Virus record (IMG/VR): IMGVR_UViG_3300017691_000004
Location: 1-40,363 of that record
DNA length: 40,363 bases
Origin: a virus
Direction: 5' to 3' (one strand)
The stretch's first letter is position 1; each line of letters opens with the position of its first letter. Made by a program: the position numbers and the translations under genes. This document shows positions 15,390 to 22,287 of the stretch, piece after piece. The notes beneath the pieces were generated by a model. The model searched no databases, was not told the origin of the DNA, and saw nothing but the letters and a program-made list of their open reading frames with translations.

Positions 15390-15436
15390 CCCATCACCAA
15401 AGCGGCACGGGGTCGCGGCGGGAAGGAGAGAGTGGG

Positions 15437-15640
15437 ATGCGTCTGGAGCCAACCGAACTTGTGACCTTCAACCCCCGCCACGCCATCGCGCGACACCTGA
15501 ACTTCGCGTTCGGGTTCACGCGCCTGGCGTCCAAGCGGAATGGGTATGACCGCACGGAGGCGAAGGAAGAAGCGATGCTGCGGCTGAACATGGCGCGGAT
15601 GATCCGCACGCAGGGTGTTGGGAAGGAGTGGGTGGTATGA
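15437..15640 (+). CDS. Hypothetical early protein
   Basis: First plus-strand ORF, with GGAAGGAGAG upstream of the ATG. Confidence 0.55.
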   Translation: MRLEPTELVTFNPRHAIARHLNFAFGFTRLASKRNGYDRTEAKEEAMLRLNMARMIRTQGVGKEWVV

Positions 15641-15837
15641 CGCAGGTGCTGGAGTGCCCGCGAGTGATCGTCATGGAGGTGTTTCGCAACATGGAGGTGA
15701 ACGGCCAGCAGATGTTTGGCCGCAGCTTTAACCTCCGCTCGATCCAGAGCATGAAGCGCCAAGTGAACAGCGCTTACAACCGCGATATCCGCATCGTTGA
15801 AGTGCCAGAGGGTTATCTGGCTTGGAGGAAGGCATGA
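15637..15837 (+). CDS. Hypothetical early protein
   Basis: ATGA overlap at 15637-15640, with AGGAG upstream. Confidence 0.5.
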   Translation: MTQVLECPRVIVMEVFRNMEVNGQQMFGRSFNLRSIQSMKRQVNSAYNRDIRIVEVPEGYLAWRKA

Positions 15838-16067
15838 GCGCTCTTACAGGCAAAGTGACGTTCACACGCTTTCGGCAAGTCCTATTGGACGGTGTGAAGG
15901 TTGGTCAGATCACTGACCTTGGCTCCCATCGCCCCCTGCGCTGGCAACTGCGCTGGAACAGCAAAGCGGGTCGGCCCATACCGACAACAGTTCATGCGTA
16001 TCTTTATGAAGCGCGCAACGCCGCTCAGTGGGAATTCAATTCGTCGAACTCCGGGTCTGCGGCATGA
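15834..16067 (+). CDS. Hypothetical early protein
   Basis: ATGA overlap at 15834-15837, with GGAGGAAGG upstream. Confidence 0.5.
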   Translation: MSALTGKVTFTRFRQVLLDGVKVGQITDLGSHRPLRWQLRWNSKAGRPIPTTVHAYLYEARNAAQWEFNSSNSGSAA

Positions 16068-16267
16068 CCCTCGAAACCCGCACCATCGCGCTGACGCCTG
16101 AGCAGTGGCGGCATGTGGAGGCGCTGATTGAGGAAGATCACGCTAGCGCGGCAAAAACCGCAGCCTCTATCGACAGTGAGCTATTTCCTGATTCAGCGAT
16201 GACCTATCACATGGACGCAGCTTTCAACATTGCCATCCTCACCGCCATCAGGAGCGCCACCCCATGA
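16064..16267 (+). CDS. Hypothetical early protein
   Basis: ATGA overlap at 16064-16067. Confidence 0.5.
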   Translation: MTLETRTIALTPEQWRHVEALIEEDHASAAKTAASIDSELFPDSAMTYHMDAAFNIAILTAIRSATP

Positions 16268-16362
16268 CCGAACGCCGCGATCCATCCCACATCCGCTTCT
16301 TTCAAGGGCTGCTGTTTGCAGTCGCTGTTATGGTGGTGATCGGCGCCTTTGTGTTCGGATAG
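16264..16362 (+). CDS. 32-aa membrane peptide (below ORF-track cutoff)
   Basis: MTERRDPSHIRFFQGLLFAVAVMVVIGAFVFG, with an ATGA overlap at 16264-16267. Confidence 0.3.
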   Translation: MTERRDPSHIRFFQGLLFAVAVMVVIGAFVFG

Positions 16363-16365
16363 GTG

Positions 16366-16394
16366 TTGCGCGCCGGGCGCGCGCCCTATATAAA
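16366..16394 (+). promoter_or_regulatory. Candidate internal promoter
   Basis: TTGCGC (16366-16371), a 17-nt GC-palindromic spacer (gccgggcgcgcgc), then TATAAA (16389-16394). It lies in a 65-nt gap before the HTH gene. Confidence 0.3.
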
Positions 16395-16427
16395 AACAGC
16401 GGGCGGGGAAGCCCGAAGGAGAAAAGA

Positions 16428-16628
16428 GTGACGCCCGAAAAGGTTGAGTCCCTGTTGCGCAGGGCAGCAAAGCGAGGCGTTGGCGTCAGGGAAACCTGCC
16501 GTCGCGCCGGTATCAATTACTCCACTGTGAAGCGGTGGAAGGCCGGCACCATGGAAGCCTCAGCGCCGAATTTCTTTCGGCTACGTCGTGCGGTGCTGGC
16601 GATGGAGGGTAAGACTGATGGCCAGTAA
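16428..16628 (+). CDS. Small HTH DNA-binding protein
   Basis: The GTG at 16428 has AAGGAG 7 nt upstream. GVGVRETCRRAGINYSTVKRWKAG is a helix-turn-helix. Confidence 0.5.
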   Translation: MTPEKVESLLRRAAKRGVGVRETCRRAGINYSTVKRWKAGTMEASAPNFFRLRRAVLAMEGKTDGQ

Positions 16629-17502
16629 GTTGAAGGCGGTAGCCCCGAAGGCTGCCGAGCCGTCGCGTCCGAAGATCCTGATCTATGGAAAGCCTGGCGC
16701 GGGCAAGACCTGGGCGGCAATTGACTTTCCGTCCGTCTACTACATCGATACGGAAGGCGGCGCTAACCTGAGCCACTACACGGACAAGCTGGCCGCCGCT
16801 GGTGGCATGTATATGGGGCCTGAGCAGGGCGCCAACTCGCTCGATGTGATCATCGATCAGATCAAGGCGCTGACCACCGAGAAGCACGACTTTCGCACGC
16901 TGGTCATCGACAGCATCACCAAGGCGTTCGATACCGAGATTGCTAACGAAGCCGAGCGGCTGGGCGATAAAGCTGTCTATGGCGCAGAGAAGAAGTCGGC
17001 CGTATCGAAGATGCGCCAGATCGTGGCGAAGCTCGACAAGCTCGACATGAACGTGATCCTCGTGGCGCAGGCCAAGGATGAATACGGCATCGATGCCAAG
17101 GGCAACCGCGAAGTTATTGGCGAGACGTTCGCGTGCTGGGATCGGCTGGAATACGAGCTGCACGTCTGCCTGAACGTGGTGCGCCAGACCGCGACCAGCC
17201 GCAAGGCGAAGATCCGTAAGAGCCGGCTGAAGGAGTTTCCTGAGATGGAGACGATGCCGTGGTCTTACGAAGAGTTCGCCAAGCGGTTTGGGCGTGATCG
17301 CTTGGAGAAGCCTGCCGAGGCGGTGGCGCTGGCCACCGAGGATCAGGTCAAGGAAGTGAAGCGGCTTGTGGAATTCGTGAAGCTGCCGGAAGGGCAGGAA
17401 GCCAAGTGGTTCACGGCTGCTGGCGTGGATAGCTATGACGAGATGAGCGCCGAGGTAATCGGCAAGGTTATTGACCATCTGAAGGGGAAGATCGCAGCAT
17501 GA
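16618..17502 (+). CDS. AAA_24-family (Sak4-like) RecA-fold ATPase, recombination/annealing protein
   Basis: KILIYGKPGAGKTWAAIDFPSVYYIDTEGG and TLVIDSITK are the Walker A and B of the phage AAA_24 family. The ATG at 16618 has GGAGGG upstream. Confidence 0.85.
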   Translation: MASKLKAVAPKAAEPSRPKILIYGKPGAGKTWAAIDFPSVYYIDTEGGANLSHYTDKLAAAGGMYMGPEQGANSLDVIIDQIKALTTEKHDFRTLVIDSITKAFDTEIANEAERLGDKAVYGAEKKSAVSKMRQIVAKLDKLDMNVILVAQAKDEYGIDAKGNREVIGETFACWDRLEYELHVCLNVVRQTATSRKAKIRKSRLKEFPEMETMPWSYEEFAKRFGRDRLEKPAEAVALATEDQVKEVKRLVEFVKLPEGQEAKWFTAAGVDSYDEMSAEVIGKVIDHLKGKIAA

Positions 17503-17966
17503 AGTTCACTCCGAAGTCCGAAGAGCAGATGCAGCGCGAAGAGCAGGAGGCCAAGAACCGCTTCCTGTGGCAGCCGCAGGAATGCGATTTCGAGATTCTT
17601 GAGGCCGAGGACTACACCAGCTCTAAGGGGAAGCAGTCCATCAAGTGCACCATCAAGATCTATAATGATGAGGGGCGCGATCAGCGTGTCTACGTTTACC
17701 TGACACCAAACTATATGCGCCTGTTCAAGAGCGCCTGTGACGCCTGCGGTCTGACCGAGCAATACGAGGCAGGCGAGATCGAAGCCAACATGTTTGAAGG
17801 CAAGTCTGGCCGCTGCAAGATCAAGATCGATAAGAGCAACGACCCTCAGTATGCGGATAAAAACGCGATTGATATTTTTGTGGGGACTGGCGCCAAGCCG
17901 ACTACCAAGCGAAGCGGCCCGGTGGATCTTGGGGATGACATTCCGTTCGCTCCTGAGTTCCGATAA
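17499..17966 (+). CDS. DUF669-like putative ssDNA-binding protein
   Basis: It immediately follows the AAA_24 gene with an ATGA overlap, the usual partner position. The C-terminal region PVDLGDDIPFAPEFR resembles the acidic DDDIPF SSB tail. Confidence 0.55.
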   Translation: MKFTPKSEEQMQREEQEAKNRFLWQPQECDFEILEAEDYTSSKGKQSIKCTIKIYNDEGRDQRVYVYLTPNYMRLFKSACDACGLTEQYEAGEIEANMFEGKSGRCKIKIDKSNDPQYADKNAIDIFVGTGAKPTTKRSGPVDLGDDIPFAPEFR

Positions 17967-17986
17967 CCTCACACAACCTTACTATG

Positions 17987-18015
17987 CCCCCGCCACCGTG
18001 CGGGGGTAGCTTTGG
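17987..18015 (+). terminator. Candidate intrinsic terminator after the SSB-like gene
   Basis: cccccgc-caccgt-gcggggg (17987-18006) is followed by tagcttt. Confidence 0.4.
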
Positions 18016-18038
18016 GACGGTTAGCAAGGAGAGTGGAG

Positions 18039-18137
18039 ATGATTCGGAAGATCATGGAGTGGTTGGGCGTGTGGGATAAGCCGCATGTGTGGACCACCGA
18101 GGACTACAGCTCGAAGCATGGGGAGCGCTTCCGGTGA
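18039..18137 (+). CDS. Possible 32-aa ORF (below ORF-track cutoff)
   Basis: MIRKIMEWLGVWDKPHVWTTEDYSSKHGERFR, with AAGGAGAGTGGAG upstream. Its stop forms a GTGA overlap with the next gene's candidate start. Confidence 0.25.
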   Translation: MIRKIMEWLGVWDKPHVWTTEDYSSKHGERFR

Positions 18138-18544
18138 ACGACACACCCACGGCGCGCGCTCCAGTGACGGATACGATCTATGAGACGATCCGCGAGTTTC
18201 GTCTCACCAACATGCGCGATGAGGATGGCTGTGACTACCCGTTGGTCGATGCGATGACCCGCAACGGCCGGAGCATCGCGGATGGTGAAGAACAGATGCG
18301 GGATTTGGCCTATGCCATCTCTCAGGCCCTCGCCGCCGCCCCACCCCCGCCCGCGATTATCGGAGGCGATAGCCCGAGTGAGCGGGAGAAGGCGTTGAGG
18401 GAGGCTCTGGAAACCTTTCAGTCTTACGGCTGCCCGGCTTGCGGCGGCGACTGCGCATCTGCCAACCCGCCAGTCTATTGCTGCCCTCTGCAGGAAGCCC
18501 GCGCCGCCCTGCTCGCCACGCCGGCGGAGGGAGGCGGGACATGA
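18134..18544 (+). CDS. Hypothetical Cys-rich protein
   Basis: Track ORF 18089..18544. The candidate start is the GTG at 18134. It contains YGCPACGGDCASANPPVYCCP. Confidence 0.5.
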   Translation: MNDTPTARAPVTDTIYETIREFRLTNMRDEDGCDYPLVDAMTRNGRSIADGEEQMRDLAYAISQALAAAPPPPAIIGGDSPSEREKALREALETFQSYGCPACGGDCASANPPVYCCPLQEARAALLATPAEGGGT

Positions 18545-19347
18545 CCACGATGCAGGCTGAGATCATCAAGGACAGCGTGGGTCCGTCCAGCAAGCGAATC
18601 ACCACGTTTCAGCTTCGCTATCCACGCTTCATCCATGCCGAGTTCATGACACATCGGATGTTCAGCCGGAATGCGTCCAGCAGCCGTGCGGTGCCGGTGG
18701 CGCGTATGATTGCGGATGTGGAGGCTGATCCGGTCGTGCCGCTGTTCTGGGGGAAGAATCAGCCGGGGATGCAGGCGCGGGAGGAGCTATCATCTACCCC
18801 AAGAGATTTCTGCTGGCTTGAATGGAACACTGCAATGCATGCGGCGATCAATGCCGCTTATAAAATGGCGCGTATTGGCGCCCACAAACAAATCATCAAC
18901 CGAATCCTCGAACCCTACTCGCACATCAACGTCGTCTGCACCGCAACCGAGTGGGACAATTTCTTCGCCCTTCGCATGCATGAGGATGCGGAACCGCATA
19001 TCAACCTGCTGGCCACCATCATGCACCAGGCCATGCGGGACAGCACGCCGCAGCCGCTCCAGGCTGGCGAATGGCATCTGCCCTATGTGGATAAGGACAT
19101 GCCGCTAGAGACGGCTCTGAAGGTCAGCACGTCCCGTTGTGCACGTGTGTCCTACATGACGCATGACCAGCAGCCTTCCACCGTGGAGAAGGATGTGGCG
19201 CTGGCTGAGAAGCTGATGGCGCAAGTGCCGATGCATGCATCTCCGATGGAGCATCAGGCTATGGCGTGGAGAGTTGATCAGCAATTTTCTAACTTCAGAG
19301 GGTTTCAGTCTTATCGCAACCGCCTTGAGTGGAGTGGACTCGCATGA
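18541..19347 (+). CDS. thyX: FAD-dependent thymidylate synthase ThyX
   Basis: FIHAEFMTHRMFSRNASSSRAVP fits the ThyX (R/T)HR-x2-S-x4-S-x-R signature. It has an ATGA overlap at 18541-18544, and the size of 268 aa fits. Confidence 0.75.
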   Translation: MTTMQAEIIKDSVGPSSKRITTFQLRYPRFIHAEFMTHRMFSRNASSSRAVPVARMIADVEADPVVPLFWGKNQPGMQAREELSSTPRDFCWLEWNTAMHAAINAAYKMARIGAHKQIINRILEPYSHINVVCTATEWDNFFALRMHEDAEPHINLLATIMHQAMRDSTPQPLQAGEWHLPYVDKDMPLETALKVSTSRCARVSYMTHDQQPSTVEKDVALAEKLMAQVPMHASPMEHQAMAWRVDQQFSNFRGFQSYRNRLEWSGLA

Positions 19348-19541
19348 CCATCGAAGGCAACCGCGAACGCATGATGCGCCTACTGGATGATGCCATTGGC
19401 GCCATGAGGGTTTTGGCAGATCAAGCGAATGTCTGCCGCGAGCATGGGCTGATGCGAGATGCCGACACAACAGCTCTGGACTTCAAGGCTTGGCGGCAGG
19501 ATCTGAATCGTTGGGCCGTCGAGGATGCCAATGCCGAATGA
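19344..19541 (+). CDS. Hypothetical protein
   Basis: ATGA overlap at 19344-19347. Confidence 0.45.
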   Translation: MTIEGNRERMMRLLDDAIGAMRVLADQANVCREHGLMRDADTTALDFKAWRQDLNRWAVEDANAE

Positions 19542-19983
19542 CCGCCAATACCTCCGCCTTGCTGAATCTGTCGCCACCATCTTCAGCAAGGAAGGCACCA
19601 AGGTTGGCGCGGTCGTCCTGGGCGATTATCCCAACCAGCTGGCTATCGGCTACAACGGCTTGCCGCCTGGCATCGCTGATGACGACCGTCGCCTAGACCG
19701 CGCATGGCGCCTGCCACGGATGCGCCATGCCGAAGCTAACGCTCTGTCCAACGTCTCCGGGTTCATGCCCCAGACGATCTACAGCACCCACTACCCCTGC
19801 CTTCAGTGCGCCATGGCGATCCTGTCCAGCCGCACTGTGCGCCGGGTGGTGACGTGCCAGCCCATGGGGCAGTATGCCGAGCGGTGGGGCGCGGAGTGCG
19901 AGGCATCCAAGGCTGCGTTTGCTGAAGCAGGCGTGGCGGTTGATCTGATTGACACGCGGGAGAGGGGAGAGTTCTGGTCGTGA
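19525..19983 (+). CDS. dCMP (deoxycytidylate) deaminase
   Basis: The zinc motifs are RHAEANAL (H-A-E) and HYPCLQCAMAI (P-C-x-x-C). GYNGLPPG is typical of dCMP deaminases. Confidence 0.85.
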   Translation: MPMPNDRQYLRLAESVATIFSKEGTKVGAVVLGDYPNQLAIGYNGLPPGIADDDRRLDRAWRLPRMRHAEANALSNVSGFMPQTIYSTHYPCLQCAMAILSSRTVRRVVTCQPMGQYAERWGAECEASKAAFAEAGVAVDLIDTRERGEFWS

Positions 19984-20198
19984 TCCAAGGCACGAAAGAC
20001 ACCATCATCGAGGAAATCCGCAAGGATCTGTTGGACCGCAGCACACGCGGTATCGGCAAGTATGGCGTGACCCTCGACAGGTCAGACTTGGACCTAGAGG
20101 CGTGGCTTCAGCACGGATACGAGGAAGCCTTGGACATGGCGGCGTATCTCAAGCGGGCTATTCGGGAACAGCGTGAGAAGAAGGAGGGTGTACGGTGA
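19980..20198 (+). CDS. Hypothetical helical protein between the deaminase and dUTPase genes (possibly a MazG-like NTP-pyrophosphohydrolase fold, weak)
   Basis: It has a GTG start. GIGKYGVTLDRSDLDLEAWLQHGYEEALDMAAYL contains an E-x-x-D acidic helix. There is no firm match by eye. Confidence 0.4.
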   Translation: MIQGTKDTIIEEIRKDLLDRSTRGIGKYGVTLDRSDLDLEAWLQHGYEEALDMAAYLKRAIREQREKKEGVR

Positions 20199-20623
20199 CC
20201 CGCCCCCTCCTCATCCACCGTCTCACCCCCGAAGCCATCCTGCCCACACGGGGGAGCGCACAGGCGGCGGGGTATGATCTGCATACGCCGTTGATCGCGG
20301 TCATCCAGCCGGGGCAGCGTCTGTTAATCCAGACTGGCATCGCCATCGCCATTCCGCCAGGTCACTACGGACGCATCGCGCCACGCTCTGGCCATGCCCT
20401 GAAGCTGGGGCTGGATATCATGGCCGGGGTCATAGATGAGGACTACCGGGGCGAGATCGGCGTTTTAGCGTTGAACCTTGGCGCCGAAGCCATTTACCTA
20501 TCAGCCGGTGCCAAGATTGCTCAGCTTATCCTTGAGCGAATCAGCACGCCGGATGTTGTCGAGGTCACAGCACTGCCCAGCACGGAGCGGGGCGGCTTGG
20601 GATATGGGAGTACGGGGCTATGA
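20195..20623 (+). CDS. dut: dUTP diphosphatase (trimeric dUTPase)
   Basis: Motifs AAGYDL, GRIAPRSG, GVIDEDYRGEIGV and ERGGLGYGSTG. Confidence 0.92.
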   Translation: MTRPLLIHRLTPEAILPTRGSAQAAGYDLHTPLIAVIQPGQRLLIQTGIAIAIPPGHYGRIAPRSGHALKLGLDIMAGVIDEDYRGEIGVLALNLGAEAIYLSAGAKIAQLILERISTPDVVEVTALPSTERGGLGYGSTGL

Positions 20624-20781
20624 CCATGTATGTTCTTCTCGTCTGGATCTGCACCGTTGCTTCGTGCGAGCAGCGCCCAGAGATCGGACCATGGGATTCG
20701 CGCGCCGCGTGTGAGCGCGCCATGGTGGTTCTGGCGCGGCTGCCGAACCGGGTGGTGCGGTGTGACGTGATCCACGACTGA
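20620..20781 (+). CDS. 53-aa putative lipoprotein (below ORF-track cutoff)
   Basis: MTMYVLLVWICTVASC|EQRPEIGPW... has a hydrophobic leader ending in the lipobox-like V-A-S-C. There is an ATGA overlap with the dut stop. Confidence 0.4.
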   Translation: MTMYVLLVWICTVASCEQRPEIGPWDSRAACERAMVVLARLPNRVVRCDVIHD

Positions 20782-20791
20782 CAAACGATAA

Positions 20792-20819
20792 CCGCCCGGC
20801 TCAATTAAGAACCGGGCGG
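20792..20819. terminator. Hairpin between the convergent plus and minus blocks
   Basis: ccgcccgg (20792-20799) pairs with ccgggcgg (20812-20819). On the minus sense it is followed by ttatcgtttgt. Confidence 0.45.
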
Positions 20820-20875
20820 CTTCGCGGGGGAGGGATCGGTCCAGGAGTGCGGAGAGTGAGGCCGCAGGACAGATA

Positions 20876-21361
20876 TTAGGGAACCTGAGTGGCTGACACA
20901 AGGGTAGACATTGCCCGCCGGCTCCATCCCAGACCATATTTTGCCCAACCAGACAATGAAGCGTAGTGCAGCATCCGAATAGCCTGGATCTCTGCCGCCA
21001 GTTTCACCGGATCAACACGGCCCACAGCCGCCAGCGTCATGGGGCCAATCTGACCATCGGCGGTGACGCCAGCCGCACGTTGTAGGAACTTGGCGGCAGC
21101 GCCCACGCCTTGGTTTACGCCGGCATCGAACACCACCAGAGCCACAGCCCAGGGCATGGAACCACAGCGGAGCTTGTCCCAATAGTCACGGCGGTAGATG
21201 CCCAGCGCATCGGCATGGGTCAGGGTCTTGATGTTCAGGCTGGGATAAGCGCGCTTCGAGATGCCCCACTGCGTTTCGCCGCCGGGGTCGTCCTTGTCGT
21301 TCACGTAGCCGCCCTCATGGGCGATGATGAGCGCTGCGGCAGCGGGGTAGAAGTCGGTCAT
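20876..21361 (-). CDS. Endolysin, glycoside hydrolase family 108 with a PG_binding_3-type C-terminal domain
   Basis: IIAHEGGYVNDKDDPGGETQWGISKRAYP is the GH108 signature. FDAGVNQGVGAAAKFLQRAAGVTADGQIGPMTL is the peptidoglycan-binding repeat. Confidence 0.9.
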   Translation of the reverse strand: MTDFYPAAAALIIAHEGGYVNDKDDPGGETQWGISKRAYPSLNIKTLTHADALGIYRRDYWDKLRCGSMPWAVALVVFDAGVNQGVGAAAKFLQRAAGVTADGQIGPMTLAAVGRVDPVKLAAEIQAIRMLHYASLSGWAKYGLGWSRRAMSTLVSATQVP

Positions 21362-21705
21362 GCCACGCCCGCCTTCTGCCGCGCCACCTCTTCCTGAATG
21401 GCGTTCACCAGCCCCGGCATCGTAGAACCGGAGTTTTGCATGGCCTGCGGCTTGGAAGCGGCGATCTCCTTGGCTGCCGTGATGGCGCTGATCGTCGGAC
21501 TGGCCGGGTCAAGGATCTGTGCAGCCTTGGCCTTCACAGACACCTCAAGCCGGTTTACAGCAGAGGTGGTGATCTTCTCGGCCAGCCACTGGCGCGCCAC
21601 GGGTAGCAGCAGGGTCACGCCATAACCGGCGACGCCCATGACGCCAACGGCGAACGTGCGAAGCAGCAAGTCCAGCCCCATGCGAATCTCGTCCCAGCTC
21701 TCCAT
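21358..21705 (-). CDS. Membrane protein of the lysis cassette (holin candidate)
   Basis: It has a hydrophobic segment LLLRTFAVGVMGVAGYGVTLLLPV and overlaps the endolysin start (ATGA). Confidence 0.45.
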   Translation of the reverse strand: MESWDEIRMGLDLLLRTFAVGVMGVAGYGVTLLLPVARQWLAEKITTSAVNRLEVSVKAKAAQILDPASPTISAITAAKEIAASKPQAMQNSGSTMPGLVNAIQEEVARQKAGVA

Positions 21706-21706
21706 C

Positions 21707-21946
21707 TTAGTTCTCTCTCGGTTTAGGTGGTGGGGGAAGCGGCGGAGGTTGATTCCATATCACACCATAGTCCCTGCGATCATCGGGGAACCCTCGCAGG
21801 CGGCAACGCCGGGGCACCTGGCGCGCCGCGAAGGCCGGTGATGGAACGAACGTCAGACCTAAATTCTTGGAAGTCGCCCCGCAGGCTGCCGATGCTGTCG
21901 GCAATACGCCCCATACGGTCATCTTGCGACTCGTTCGCCTTCTCAA
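21707..21946 (-). CDS. Possible o-spanin-like Pro-rich lipoprotein in an overlapped frame (tentative)
   Basis: MRRRTSRKMTVWGVLPTASAAC|GATSK...NQPPPLPPPPKPREN. It begins inside the 3' end of the upstream gene in another frame and ends 1 nt before the next ATG, filling an otherwise 75-nt gap. The lipobox is imperfect (S at -3). The composition is also what a GC-rich off-frame would give. Confidence 0.3.
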   Translation of the reverse strand: MRRRTSRKMTVWGVLPTASAACGATSKNLGLTFVPSPAFAARQVPRRCRLRGFPDDRRDYGVIWNQPPPLPPPPKPREN

Positions 21947-22181
21947 CGGCTAGAAGCCGGCGCTCTACATTGGCCTGATCGGCCACGAGGCGCGGGATGG
22001 CGGATGTTTCTGCCCTGATGCCTGAGATCATGGCCTGCACTTCGCTCAGCTTGTTGCTCAGATTGGTGGAATTGACCTGGCCCTGCACGGCCCAGGCAAT
22101 CACCAACACGCAACCCGTCACGACCGGCCACCACCCGAGATAGTCACTCGGTCTGAATGGGCGGGGTTGGCTATCTGGCAT
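21780..22181 (-). CDS. N-terminally anchored coiled-coil membrane protein (i-spanin candidate)
   Basis: The TM segment YLGWWPVVTGCVLVIAWAV is followed by a long heptad-like region. The ATG at 22181 has GAGGA 9 nt upstream. Confidence 0.45.
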   Translation of the reverse strand: MPDSQPRPFRPSDYLGWWPVVTGCVLVIAWAVQGQVNSTNLSNKLSEVQAMISGIRAETSAIPRLVADQANVERRLLAVEKANESQDDRMGRIADSIGSLRGDFQEFRSDVRSITGLRGAPGAPALPPARVPR

Positions 22182-22250
22182 TACGCCCATTCCTCATGGT
22201 TGTTGATATATATTACACAACCTTTGAGATGGTTGGGAGTGGCAAGAAAT

Positions 22251-22278
22251 GTGGGGCCGGAAGCAGATGCCGCCGGCC
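22251..22278 (-). terminator. Hairpin after the 1270-aa spike gene
   Basis: ggggccgg pairs with ccggcccc (8 bp). On the minus sense it is followed by acatttctt. An AT-rich tract gtgtaatatatatcaac (22204-22220, quoted on the minus sense) follows, before the lysis genes. Confidence 0.4.
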
Positions 22279-22287
22279 CCGAAGACA

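Noticed and set aside
16513-17478. A 321-aa minus-strand ORF.
   Set aside because: It is antisense to the AAA_24 ATPase gene, which has unmistakable Walker motifs. The composition is L/R/H-rich shadow-frame sequence.
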